64,000 nt of DNA from a virus (Duplodnaviria > Caudoviricetes): the IMG/VR virus record IMGVR_UViG_3300008954_000048, positions 1,662-65,661 of that record, one strand, 5' to 3'. Made by a program: the position numbers and the translations under genes. Every line of letters starts with the position of its first letter. The stretch's first letter is position 1. The notes under the pieces are model-generated. The model was given only the letters and a program-made list of their open reading frames with translations, ran no database searches and was not told the origin of the DNA. Shown piece by piece: positions 37,649-47,580 of the stretch.

Positions 37649-38803
37649 TTATGCTATACATTTTCCTGCCAATGTGAGTACGTCTTCAGGGTCGTCGAGG
37701 CTAAAGGTGGATTTAGGGATTTGATTATAGTTCAAACTAAGTGTAGCTCGAAGAACCATATTTCTCGAATTCATAATCTGAACCTTTATTGTCGGCGTCG
37801 GTAATGAAGCAATTGCATCACTAAAGCTTAAAGTTTCCAACCCTAATGGATTATTACCTATATGATATAGACCCTTATTCAAAATTTGAATATACTCAGC
37901 TTTCTTTTCAAGATAATAATCCACAAGAATATTTGGTGTAATTTCTATCTTGGGTGCGCTTTGACTAATGAGGGTTTTTCTCTTTATAATACGGTATTGA
38001 TCTATTGACATTTGTGTTGAGAATATACCACCTCGGAATCCTTTACCATTGTTAATATATTTTGCCCATCCATCATTTAACTTATTCATCCATGCTCTAA
38101 TTCCAGGATCATTAAAGCGTATTGCCCTATTAAGAAGCCTCGAAATCATTAATGCATTTTTCTTAGACCTTGACGCTTTGGATGGGCTAAACGGATACAT
38201 TTTTGCATTATATGAATAGCGTAGCGTCGGCTCCCCAAACTTTCCACCCTTCGCTTTAAGTTCAAATCCAAGTTCTCCTTGGCATGTTGCTACAACATCA
38301 GTATATCTTGGATCTGTTCCCTGTATTACGGTGATCCCCGCGGACTGGAGTACCTTTACCGTATCCTCTTCATACTTGTATCCACCACCACGTTGGCCGC
38401 CTGCGGCGAGGGCGGCAAAAATAATGTTCTTTGTCTGAACCTCTCCGTTCTGGTCAGTGCCTGAAACCTCATATGTATTATATGTTCCTGAAATATTCAT
38501 GCTCATATTTTGTACGGTGACGGTCGCCGGGTCTAAGTTAAAAACAGTAGTAACAAGGTCTTTTGCTTTTGTTTTAAGTTCCGTATCGCTTTGGCTATGT
38601 GTGTCTTTAGTATGAATCCGAAAGTGTGCAGGAACCCCAGATTTAGTACCAACACCCGTATATTTTACCCCACTAGGGGTTTTAATATCTTTAATTCCCA
38701 CCTGTGGAGCAGTAGCTTGAATTAAGCGAGCATCTGATGCCCCTGATTCTGTTAAGAGTAACTCCCGAATCCATTCTCGTAACAACTTCTCACTCATCAT
38801 CAT
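37649..38803 (-). CDS. PD-(D/E)XK nuclease-like protein with N-terminal tag
   Basis: SEKLLREWIRELLLTES; GYKYE...TDV...FELK; YIQI..GLY..NPLGL. Confidence 0.65.
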   Translation of the reverse strand: MMMSEKLLREWIRELLLTESGASDARLIQATAPQVGIKDIKTPSGVKYTGVGTKSGVPAHFRIHTKDTHSQSDTELKTKAKDLVTTVFNLDPATVTVQNMSMNISGTYNTYEVSGTDQNGEVQTKNIIFAALAAGGQRGGGYKYEEDTVKVLQSAGITVIQGTDPRYTDVVATCQGELGFELKAKGGKFGEPTLRYSYNAKMYPFSPSKASRSKKNALMISRLLNRAIRFNDPGIRAWMNKLNDGWAKYINNGKGFRGGIFSTQMSIDQYRIIKRKTLISQSAPKIEITPNILVDYYLEKKAEYIQILNKGLYHIGNNPLGLETLSFSDAIASLPTPTIKVQIMNSRNMVLRATLSLNYNQIPKSTFSLDDPEDVLTLAGKCIA

Positions 38804-39621
38804 ATTCCTATTAAGAAACTTAGATCTGCCTCGAGATCAACCGTTGATGGTGATAAACCAGATAAGACTAGCCCATTATTCCATGAGATTGATGATCGTT
38901 TATTAGCAACCTTAGGATCTGCTGCCTTTTCAGGATCTGCACTATGGTAAGCAGTTACACCTGCACTTGACCCACCCCACTTAAGCCGAGACCTAACCTG
39001 GACCTTGGCAGGAGCAAACTGCGGAACGCCTAATCCTAATGGGTCTGAGTCTAGATAGTAGAACCCATATCCTTCCCCTACCTGGATATAGTGTACACCC
39101 TTTTGGATATAGTTTGCATAGATCGCATCGGGTGTTACATCCACCTTCATTAATTCAAAGGAAAAATCTGGATTCTCATTTCGAAAATCCCAATACTCTT
39201 GATTAGTTACGGACATTGGAAGCTTAGGCGACCCAAAATATGCCATAAACTCTTCCATATGCTCCTGAACCCCGGGGCCACTAAGGATGAAATCATCAAT
39301 CAAGCCTATATCATCGTAGAACTCAGTAATAGCGTCTGTTGATCCCCAATTCCACTTTCCTCCACCATGATACCTGCAATTCTTTTGACCCGCAAATACG
39401 TTTGGACTTAGCTTTGCTTCAATTCCATGTTCTCTACCAGATGAATCAATAAATACCAGGTCTGCGCCATGGCCAGCACCTGCTGTTGCCTGTGATGGTC
39501 CGAGATCAGCAGATGCTAGCATTGCCTGTAGCTTGGCCTCATACTCAAATCCGCCCTTGGCAAATGCCATTTCCGAAAGTAGTTTTTCTCTAATCCATTC
39601 TCTTAATAGTTGTTCTTTCAT
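38800..39621 (-). CDS. PD-(D/E)XK nuclease-like protein with N-terminal tag (paralog of previous)
   Basis: KEQLLREWIREKLLSE; GFEYE...ADL...IEAK; YIQV..GFY..DPLGL. Confidence 0.65.
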   Translation of the reverse strand: MKEQLLREWIREKLLSEMAFAKGGFEYEAKLQAMLASADLGPSQATAGAGHGADLVFIDSSGREHGIEAKLSPNVFAGQKNCRYHGGGKWNWGSTDAITEFYDDIGLIDDFILSGPGVQEHMEEFMAYFGSPKLPMSVTNQEYWDFRNENPDFSFELMKVDVTPDAIYANYIQKGVHYIQVGEGYGFYYLDSDPLGLGVPQFAPAKVQVRSRLKWGGSSAGVTAYHSADPEKAADPKVANKRSSISWNNGLVLSGLSPSTVDLEADLSFLIGI

Positions 39622-39622
39622 A

Positions 39623-40900
39623 TCAGCCTGCCATTATCGCCATTCTTACATAAGTACGTAAGAGCGACTCATTTTTATCTGGTTTTGGTGCCGACATTCT
39701 TGAAGCCCGGCCTACAATCTGGTTATTCATAGCAAAAGTGCCTGTTAGCTTATATAGTACCCTACTGCCTGGTGGGTGTTCGAATACAACCCCTTCCATA
39801 TCGGATGCAACATTCTCGATATCACCGAGTTTCCCTAGTTGCTTATCCAATAATGCAGCAGCAGCCTCAGCATTTTCCTCTGGTACATTTTGAAGTGCAA
39901 CGATAGCACTTTGAAGTTGCTCTTTCATCCTGGCAATCTCAGCATCATGATCACTAACAAAAAATGATTCCAGACCTTTAAGCACTTCAATTGCAAAATC
40001 ACTGATGGCCTTCTCTATAGGGCCTACTGCACGAGATATTGCGCCGTAGCGATTAGTTGTGGTAGCTATAGCACTAATAGACTTTCGAACGTCCTTAGGC
40101 ACCATCTTCTTTAAAGCATTAACATTTTTGGCACCCTCTTTTCCGAGGATCGTCTTTAATACTTCTTCTTGTTGGTCAACGGGGATTGGTAAATCACCAA
40201 CAGGGCCAGTCCTTAAACGTTCAGCAACATAATCACCAATAGTAGCATCATCACTCATTCCTGTTATGGAATCAAGCTCAGCAGCAAAATCACTATATGC
40301 AGACCCATCTGAAATGTCATTTAATTCCACTAGCTTTGGGCCGGACATTTGCCAGCCCTCTTCATCCATTTCACCTTCGGCTGTCTCTACAGCAGAGACC
40401 AATGAAGAGAATGCACCACCGGATTCGATGGTCTTCTTACCTTCTTCATCGAATTGGTGCATGTTATGTAAGACAATCCAGTCACCACTGTACACGATAA
40501 TGTTGGGATTCTTTGTATACATGATCTCGGCATTGATATAGTTCTGGCCATGATCACCAAAGATTTCTTGTAGCTGTTCAGGGCTAAGCTTGCCCATGGC
40601 TCGCTCTACAGCATGGAACCCATTCATAAATGCCTTAGCAACATTAGGGTTCGGATGGGCAGCCCATTTGGAGGCATACTCATCAGGTGACATTCCGCCC
40701 TTTTTGATATCACCGTCGTTTCGCGCGGTGCGGATCTGGCCCACACTAGCATCCCATGTAAAGAATACATTTTGGCCGTCGACCTTTTCAATAACATCAA
40801 TGTTAGCTGTTGCTACATCTGATAATATCGATTTGATCTCGCCAAACGTAAAATCTAAATTTTCATGAAGGTGACTTAAATGTCCTGCGACTCCGCCCAT
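39623..40900 (-). CDS. Ligase-like nucleotidyltransferase fold protein (DUF6267-like) with C-terminal tag
   Basis: MGGVAGHLSHLHE, EKVDGQN (KxDG), EGVVF, YKLTG; C-terminus KNESLLRTYVRMAIMAG. Confidence 0.7.
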   Translation of the reverse strand: MGGVAGHLSHLHENLDFTFGEIKSILSDVATANIDVIEKVDGQNVFFTWDASVGQIRTARNDGDIKKGGMSPDEYASKWAAHPNPNVAKAFMNGFHAVERAMGKLSPEQLQEIFGDHGQNYINAEIMYTKNPNIIVYSGDWIVLHNMHQFDEEGKKTIESGGAFSSLVSAVETAEGEMDEEGWQMSGPKLVELNDISDGSAYSDFAAELDSITGMSDDATIGDYVAERLRTGPVGDLPIPVDQQEEVLKTILGKEGAKNVNALKKMVPKDVRKSISAIATTTNRYGAISRAVGPIEKAISDFAIEVLKGLESFFVSDHDAEIARMKEQLQSAIVALQNVPEENAEAAAALLDKQLGKLGDIENVASDMEGVVFEHPPGSRVLYKLTGTFAMNNQIVGRASRMSAPKPDKNESLLRTYVRMAIMAG

Positions 40901-40971
40901 CTGTTTTTACCTCTCTAAGATTCCTACCTTACTAATTATATCGTAACAAGGGGGTATTTACAGGAATGGGA

Positions 40972-41277
40972 CTAATCTTCTTCAGTTAACATTTCTTCCT
41001 GCTGCATCTTATCAAATTCTTTGAGTGCAGCACGTTTCTGGCGGCGTAATACATTCAATACACCATTATAATGACCGCGTGAATCTGACCTGCTTGGACA
41101 TGTATCCCGAACCCATACTGCATCTGCTATACGAGCCCCAATATCATCTACACAAGACTGGCAGCCGAACTGGACCATGTTTCCACCCAACGTTTTATAT
41201 GATGCATCACCAGACATTTCACGGAGCATTTCCCTGACTAGCGTTTTTACATACAGCCTTTCGCTTAATTCACTCAT
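40972..41277 (-). CDS. Hypothetical protein (tagged)
   Basis: LSERLYVKTLVREMLRE. Confidence 0.55.
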   Translation of the reverse strand: MSELSERLYVKTLVREMLREMSGDASYKTLGGNMVQFGCQSCVDDIGARIADAVWVRDTCPSRSDSRGHYNGVLNVLRRQKRAALKEFDKMQQEEMLTEED

Positions 41278-41999
41278 TATGCACCCCTCATTAATTTTCT
41301 AGCTCTTCTTAAAATGGCACCTTTATCGGCTGCCTCGCCGACAACAATTGGCACATTTTCATTATCTGCATCGCCCTTAGGTACCTTAGCTTTTTCGGCA
41401 GGTGTGTCAGGTTTCTTTTCTTTTGACCCAGCCTTAGGCTCTTTACCTTTCATGGTAATGCCAACCTCACCGGGAGAAGGTGACTCAGAACCAGAAACAC
41501 CAGATGATACAATTTGTGATATCCCGCTTAGAAAAACAAACAATGATTGTCGCTCGCCTGCAGATAGCTCTGCTATATACACATCAAGGTTCTTGCGGAC
41601 CTTCTCATCCTTAAGAGATGAACCACTGCGTATCATATTAAGCTGATCAATAACGTCCCTCAGGCCTGCCCCCAGGACCTCCTTACTGGTCGGAACTTCA
41701 ACATCCTTGGTTGACTTGTCTGCAGAACCTAATTTCGTAAGGTCTTTTCTAACAATTTTTCTTTTTTCAGTCCCAGTATCTTTATCATCCTTTCCAGTAT
41801 CTTCTTCTTCGTCAACTTCATCCTTTTTATTTTCATCGGATGCACGAAGGCCGGCCAGGTCCTTATCCTTCTTTGCTTGTTGATGCCGTTCACTTTCATA
41901 AACAGGTGGTAAGGCTTCCCTTACGCTCTCCTCAGCAACTCGCTCAAGAAACCTAGCTAGTGCGGATGATGTCTTGATGTCAGCCATTATTCTTCCCAC
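41277..41999 (-). CDS. Acidic/Lys-rich putative head protein
   Basis: Low-complexity charged linkers; ALARFLERVAEE. Confidence 0.6.
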   Translation of the reverse strand: MGRIMADIKTSSALARFLERVAEESVREALPPVYESERHQQAKKDKDLAGLRASDENKKDEVDEEEDTGKDDKDTGTEKRKIVRKDLTKLGSADKSTKDVEVPTSKEVLGAGLRDVIDQLNMIRSGSSLKDEKVRKNLDVYIAELSAGERQSLFVFLSGISQIVSSGVSGSESPSPGEVGITMKGKEPKAGSKEKKPDTPAEKAKVPKGDADNENVPIVVGEAADKGAILRRARKLMRGA

Positions 42000-42218
42000 T
42001 TATTAATAGGGTGGAGAGGTATCATCCTGACCCTATTCTGTGGGCGCTCTCTATAAAGCTTGTTATACTCTAGGGCAGGGTTATCTTCATGGCTTTCAGC
42101 ATATGCCTTCTGTTTTGCCTTTGCTTCCTGCTCACGCCTAACAATGTCATCAATAAACTTGTCAAAATGCCCAGCTTGTTCGTTTTGATCACTCATTGTA
42201 ATGTCTCCTTAAAGGTAA

Positions 42219-42644
42219 TTATTTCGCCCATGCGCCAAAAGTCAGAGTAACAACAGAATTCGCAGACTCCTGCCACTGGATTAAAACATCAACATTCGCA
42301 GTTGGTGTAACATCAGCTTTCATAAGCTCCTTGTCGTCGCTAGCAGTATATACCCTATATGATTCCAGGGGTGACACATTCAAAAGCTTACAGGCATCCA
42401 CTGAGGGTGTTGAAAAGGTATACGATGACTTGCCATCTTCAATAGTTGCCGCAAAGCATAGTAGCGTCCCAGTAATAGTGTAGTCACTAAAAACAAATTC
42501 ACATGATGGATCTAATCTAATATCATCATCTAGCTTCGGGTAAAATTCACTAAGGTCAACCCTACTCTCTAGCTCATCACTCATAATCACGTTATCTGGA
42601 TTTCCCATTATTCTGTTCCACTCGTTATCTATATTCGCCACCAC
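42219..42644 (-). CDS. Hypothetical protein
   Basis: ORF with RBS GGAG. Confidence 0.55.
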   Translation of the reverse strand: MVANIDNEWNRIMGNPDNVIMSDELESRVDLSEFYPKLDDDIRLDPSCEFVFSDYTITGTLLCFAATIEDGKSSYTFSTPSVDACKLLNVSPLESYRVYTASDDKELMKADVTPTANVDVLIQWQESANSVVTLTFGAWAK

Positions 42645-43038
42645 TGGCTCCTTCTTCTTCCATAGAAAAATATCTCACATCTTGTAAGATGTTATCAACC
42701 ACCTGTGCATACTCTTTATCCACCTCGGTTACATCGTTCACATCATGAGTATATACTTCTATTATCACCTTTCGATGATCAATTGTAATCTTTCCATGAT
42801 GCTGAGAGTCTTCTTGATACAATAAAACTTCATTTAGAAAAGAGAATAGTTCACCAGATGAGGTAAATTCAAACGTTCGCATTAGCCTATTAGGGTCTGA
42901 TACTACTTCCCATGTATCGGTCTGCACTGGGCACACTGGTAACTTTCTCGATGATACAAAAGATTCATCAAGCAATTGCTTCGGTCCTGGTGAATTGGTA
43001 AAATAATCACTCATTACGTCTAATATGCTACCTGACAT
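42625..43038 (-). CDS. phhB: Pterin-4-alpha-carbinolamine dehydratase family
   Basis: W...LMRTFEF, QHHGKI, YTHD..DVTEVD..A. Confidence 0.8.
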   Translation of the reverse strand: MSGSILDVMSDYFTNSPGPKQLLDESFVSSRKLPVCPVQTDTWEVVSDPNRLMRTFEFTSSGELFSFLNEVLLYQEDSQHHGKITIDHRKVIIEVYTHDVNDVTEVDKEYAQVVDNILQDVRYFSMEEEGASGGEYR

Positions 43039-43043
43039 CTGCT

Positions 43044-44309
43044 TTACTCCATGGCTTTTTCATGGGCATCCCAGTCAATCTTTGGATCATCTTCTTTTTG
43101 CCCTGCTTGAAACTTTGCAGTTGATGTTAATGCTTGCTCTAATGCCTTTTGCCGGCGACCTTTACTCTGCTTGCCCCATTTATCTTTTGCAACATCCAGA
43201 ATGTCAACATCAAGCTTCGCTAATTTAGAGAGCTTAGGCATTTCCGCATTTGCGAGCCTGGCTAGTGCCGTAGCTGTTTTATCTGGGTCGTCATCTGTAA
43301 CTTCACCCTTCTCAATAAGTTCTTTATAATCCTTATTAATCTTTTTTGCTAGCTTCTCTTGACTACGAGGCGTTTCACCTAAGGCTTGATTTAAGACAGT
43401 TTGGCGTGATCTCTGAGGTAGGTTCATTTTATCAATTTCTGTGCTAATGGCATCAACTGATCTTTTCTTAATAACCCTCATTGCCGGCCTCAAAATATGT
43501 GCCGTAAAGAAAAACCTATATGAATCTAACTTCTTAACAGCATCTGGGGATTGCTGGAGTTCTACAGCATCTTCTTCGTCTATATAATCACCAGCGAGCA
43601 TTCCATCAATGAACTCAGCTGCTGCAAAGTCTCGTAACTCTTCTACATCGTTATGAGGTACGTCATCAATCATATATCTCATCTGTGCTAGCCATCGTTC
43701 GCTTGCTTGACGCATTTGTGTAATGGAGCCTGTCCCTTCCTGATCTGCAAGGTCCTCAAGGCTCATTCCATCAGGGGTATTATCGATAGGTTCAACTTCG
43801 TCCTCACCCGGATCCCAATCATGTACCGATAACTCTTCTTCAGCATATCTTGGAACGTCCCAATTAGATATTGCCTCAATCATTGTCCGCACTTGTCGGC
43901 GAACACTTTCTTCAGTTACTTCTTCCTCAGATGGCTCTTTATTTTCAGGATGATTATGTTCCCCCATTGCATCATCATATAATCTAAGCATATCCCTATA
44001 AAATGCCGCAACTTGATCGCCAGGTATCATTCTTGCAATCTGGTCGGCGGCCCGGGCAAGTTCTTTTGGATTTTCTGGAATAAAATCCTCATCTTCAATA
44101 GGCGGCCTATCATCTGCTAGTTGTGTAGCCATCATTTCAGTTGGCTCAATAGGCACCTCACTCGGAACAGTTGATTCCGTCTCGGGTGTTTCGTTATCTG
44201 CCGAATCTGGGCCGGGTTGATCATACATCCCATACCTTATATTTTCACGTTCAAAAAGAACACCATTCAAAAACTTTCTTAGCGCTGTACGCTTAACTGA
44301 AACACTCAT
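43044..44309 (-). CDS. Putative virion internal protein (tagged twice)
   Basis: RTALRKFLNGVLFE; VTEESVRRQVRTMIE. Confidence 0.65.
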   Translation of the reverse strand: MSVSVKRTALRKFLNGVLFERENIRYGMYDQPGPDSADNETPETESTVPSEVPIEPTEMMATQLADDRPPIEDEDFIPENPKELARAADQIARMIPGDQVAAFYRDMLRLYDDAMGEHNHPENKEPSEEEVTEESVRRQVRTMIEAISNWDVPRYAEEELSVHDWDPGEDEVEPIDNTPDGMSLEDLADQEGTGSITQMRQASERWLAQMRYMIDDVPHNDVEELRDFAAAEFIDGMLAGDYIDEEDAVELQQSPDAVKKLDSYRFFFTAHILRPAMRVIKKRSVDAISTEIDKMNLPQRSRQTVLNQALGETPRSQEKLAKKINKDYKELIEKGEVTDDDPDKTATALARLANAEMPKLSKLAKLDVDILDVAKDKWGKQSKGRRQKALEQALTSTAKFQAGQKEDDPKIDWDAHEKAME

Positions 44310-44349
44310 ATTAAAACTCCAAACAAATTATAACTGGATACTCCAGCAC

Positions 44350-45060
44350 TTAAACACCGCCCAATAATATTTTCATATGGGCCTTTTCACACCCGCCTAT
44401 ACCACGGCAATACCAACCTTCATGATCTGGACCATATCGGTTTGCATATTTTTCTTCTGGGTGCCTACCAACCCAATCCACCTTCTTGCCAGTTAGGGCT
44501 TCAACTTCTTCCTTGCTGGTTACTGCCGGTACACCATAGCGTGTTATCATAACATGTGCTATCTTTCCAGACATCTCGGCGATGTCACCACTCTTAAGAC
44601 CTTCGGCAGTCTTATCCAGGTACATTTTAATTGCAGCTTCACTACCATCATGGCCAACTATCCCCATCTTCATCCTTCCGCCGCGCATCTTCCCTCCGCG
44701 GAAATAATCAGGCTCAGGATCACCATCAATCTCAGCAGCCTTCATAACTGTGTATCCGGCTGGAAGGTCGGATGGGCTCTGGACCTTTATGTTACCAAAT
44801 TTCCCATCACCTAGCGGGACTTCACCATAAGCATTTTGGATTAGATCAAATATTTCATCATCTAAATCACGTTCCTCAGGACAGGGAGGTTCTACACAAT
44901 CTTCATCATCGAAATCCTCAGGAAAAATTGGAATAGCCTTCCCTATTGGTGCATTAAAATCTGCCCATTTTTTTTCTATCAGCATACGTGCACGGTGTGC
45001 CTCAAGCTCTTCTTGAATAATGCGTCTTAACTTAGACTCTGAAATTGATTTACGTTTCAT
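44350..45060 (-). CDS. Tagged hypothetical enzyme-like protein
   Basis: ISESKLRRIIQEEL..MLIE followed by a globular domain. Confidence 0.65.
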   Translation of the reverse strand: MKRKSISESKLRRIIQEELEAHRARMLIEKKWADFNAPIGKAIPIFPEDFDDEDCVEPPCPEERDLDDEIFDLIQNAYGEVPLGDGKFGNIKVQSPSDLPAGYTVMKAAEIDGDPEPDYFRGGKMRGGRMKMGIVGHDGSEAAIKMYLDKTAEGLKSGDIAEMSGKIAHVMITRYGVPAVTSKEEVEALTGKKVDWVGRHPEEKYANRYGPDHEGWYCRGIGGCEKAHMKILLGGV

Positions 45061-45066
45061 GTCACC

Positions 45067-45651
45067 TTACCTTGTTTCACTTAGGCCGTAGTTCAAACCT
45101 ATCGCTAGCGCGCTGGTTGCAACAATTGAGATGGTCGCGACGAATGCAGGGTGCTCATACCACCTTCGCTTAGCTGCCTCAAGTGCAATATCTCGTTGTG
45201 CAGTAACCTCTGCTATTCTTAGTGCATCTAATTGTTGCCTTGTACGAGCTTGATCCTCAAGCATCCTCATTGACAATACATCAGCGTTCCTAACCCTTCC
45301 CATAGCATAATCTAGCTCATAATCAAAACGACTTTGGACAAATGATTGCCATGCTAGAAAACTGGCTGCTGCTTCTTTATTTAAGAATATGCCTTCGCCC
45401 AATGTGGGATATGCACCGGCAGGGATAGGGGTTACCGTACAACCTGCACATGTTGATGCATTTAGAGTAAAGTCAGGAAGATCTAATTGTAACTTAAGAT
45501 CCGCCAGCGGAATCAATGTACTTTCATAAGTTAGCGTGGGGGCGCCAGGTGATTCTGGTTCCTCAGCATATACTGTAGAGGGCACAACAATCAGCATCAT
45601 AAAACATAATGTGATATATGAAACTGCTTTTTTTCCCCATGATCTCTTCAT
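45067..45651 (-). CDS. Exported membrane-anchored protein (possible lysis accessory)
   Basis: N-terminal signal peptide, coiled coil, C-terminal TM helix. Confidence 0.55.
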   Translation of the reverse strand: MKRSWGKKAVSYITLCFMMLIVVPSTVYAEEPESPGAPTLTYESTLIPLADLKLQLDLPDFTLNASTCAGCTVTPIPAGAYPTLGEGIFLNKEAAASFLAWQSFVQSRFDYELDYAMGRVRNADVLSMRMLEDQARTRQQLDALRIAEVTAQRDIALEAAKRRWYEHPAFVATISIVATSALAIGLNYGLSETR

Positions 45652-45665
45652 TATCCCCTACCACA

Positions 45666-46625
45666 TCACTTGATTAGTCCAGCTAATCGTTGCCAGTTCT
45701 CTATAATCACATCATCATTAGACCGATATGATTCTTCCGTTTTTTCTTCTTTGGCATAAGGCTCATTAAGGTCAACTTTTCCTTGTTGAAGTAACTCAAT
45801 TGCCTGCTGCAGGTGACCTTTGCCCTTACTAATTACAGGCATATCAGGTCTCTCTGGGAACCCGCCAGGGACTGATAACGTTAGTTGAGATACGTTTTCG
45901 CCCATTTTCTTTGCTGCTGCAGAAACGGCAGCATCACCCTCTTCATCGGTCCATTCTTCACATGCTGCTTGACACTGATCAGCATCGGCGCCCCAAAAGC
46001 CGGCTTTGACTAAAGCCTGAAGCTGTTCTAAGATTCCAGCCTCATTGAACTGGTCAAATCCTCCACTGCCTTCTTTACCTGAGGTTATGCCCAGTTTCAC
46101 AGTAATCATATTTAAGGCTGCAATCATCTCTTTAGCAGGAAAATCGACAATATAGCCCCCTACTGAGGCTGATGGGTCTATCATACCAGTTGCTATCCAC
46201 CGGTGGTGGCCATCCATGATGTGGCCGTCGCTAGTAATAATAGCACCTAAGTCACCACCTGGGCCTGTTGGAAATGGTTTAACCTTTAGAATTGCACAGA
46301 TTGCAAATTGGCATGCCTTTTCAATGTTCATTGATGACTGAGAAGGCTTTAGGTTACTTACAGCAATGTCCCCTGCCTTTGCACCCACCTTATCATCATC
46401 TGCATCACCGTCGTCGTCGCCACCAGTTGCCAAAAGTTCTGCCTCATCACCAGCTTTAGTAGCTGCCTTGCTAAGAGGCATTGGAAAGCGATCCGAGTCA
46501 ACCTTGGTTGGATCTGCATCCTCAAAAAGAACGTCTGCTAGACTAGGTTTACGCTTTCGTTTGCTCACTTTATTTTGAAGCACTTCCCGAATCGCCTTAC
46601 GCAATTGTGTTTCATTCTTAATCAT
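45666..46625 (-). CDS. ParB/Srx-like domain protein tagged at both ends
   Basis: LKPSQ, IMDGHHRW; N-term NETQLRKAIREVL; C-term ENWQRLAGLIK. Confidence 0.75.
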   Translation of the reverse strand: MIKNETQLRKAIREVLQNKVSKRKRKPSLADVLFEDADPTKVDSDRFPMPLSKAATKAGDEAELLATGGDDDGDADDDKVGAKAGDIAVSNLKPSQSSMNIEKACQFAICAILKVKPFPTGPGGDLGAIITSDGHIMDGHHRWIATGMIDPSASVGGYIVDFPAKEMIAALNMITVKLGITSGKEGSGGFDQFNEAGILEQLQALVKAGFWGADADQCQAACEEWTDEEGDAAVSAAAKKMGENVSQLTLSVPGGFPERPDMPVISKGKGHLQQAIELLQQGKVDLNEPYAKEEKTEESYRSNDDVIIENWQRLAGLIK

Positions 46626-46692
46626 GATACATAATCTCCTTGATTTCTATTCATAAATATCATATCATACCTCAAACAGTTAATAAATATCA

Positions 46693-47085
46693 TCAACTAG
46701 GGGGTGGTGTTACCTCTGCCCCAAGGGCCCTGGCTATATCCTCAGCCAGCTCCTCTATGGATTTCTCGTTATTCTCTTTAATAGCTTTTTCCATTGCTTT
46801 CTTAGTTTCGGATCGGTGGAGGTTATATTTTTCCTGAAGCTCTGCTTCAAGTTTATGATAATCTGCCGTTCGTTTGATCTCATTTTCACGGGCTTGTCTC
46901 AATACTTCCTGCTCACCCTTAAATCGCTCATCGCTAGCGCCTATCATCTTTTTAGCTAATTCAACCCCATCTTTTCTTGTAAGAACCAGTATAACACCAA
47001 ATAATCCTAATACTACAAGCCACCCATATTTCTTAAACCAAAGCCATGTCTTTTTAGCTCCGTATTTGAAAGTAAGCCATGTCAT
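46693..47085 (-). CDS. Single-TM coiled-coil protein (i-spanin-like)
   Basis: N-terminal TM followed by coiled coil. Confidence 0.45.
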   Translation of the reverse strand: MTWLTFKYGAKKTWLWFKKYGWLVVLGLFGVILVLTRKDGVELAKKMIGASDERFKGEQEVLRQARENEIKRTADYHKLEAELQEKYNLHRSETKKAMEKAIKENNEKSIEELAEDIARALGAEVTPPPS

Positions 47086-47495
47086 TATGCGCCCTCTTCT
47101 TCCTCTTCACTTGGTGGGGGTACAGCAATCGAAGGATCATCTGGTAATGCAGGGTCAGAAGTAGGCTGATTTGATGGTTTTTTAACTGCCGATAGGTATC
47201 CTGACAGCGATGCGCCGGCGCCTTTGTTGGCAGTCATTAATGCAACAATATCCTGTGCGGATTGTGCTCCTATGAAAACTAGTAAAATTAATGTTAGATT
47301 ATTCTCTGTTAAGATCTGAGGAATTGTTATTGATCCCTTAGAAATTAATGCCACAGCCCATGGTGTAAGAAAAATTGCCAAAGCAACTAATGTAACCATT
47401 AACTTTCTAGAAACAACCTTTTGTAATATTCGGTCAACTACATTATTTCTAGAAAAAATTCCCGGAGTCTTCTCTTTATCATCAGCCATTACCAT
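47085..47495 (-). CDS. Two-TM membrane protein (holin-like)
   Basis: SRKLMVTLVALAIF and second TM LILLVFIGAQS..D. Confidence 0.5.
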   Translation of the reverse strand: MVMADDKEKTPGIFSRNNVVDRILQKVVSRKLMVTLVALAIFLTPWAVALISKGSITIPQILTENNLTLILLVFIGAQSAQDIVALMTANKGAGASLSGYLSAVKKPSNQPTSDPALPDDPSIAVPPPSEEEEEGA

Positions 47496-47580
47496 ACTCC
47501 CTAAACGTAAAAAACACGTATCTTTCAACACATAAGTATTGCAAACACGTGCTTTCGTATTAAGGAAGAGAAGAAATGTG

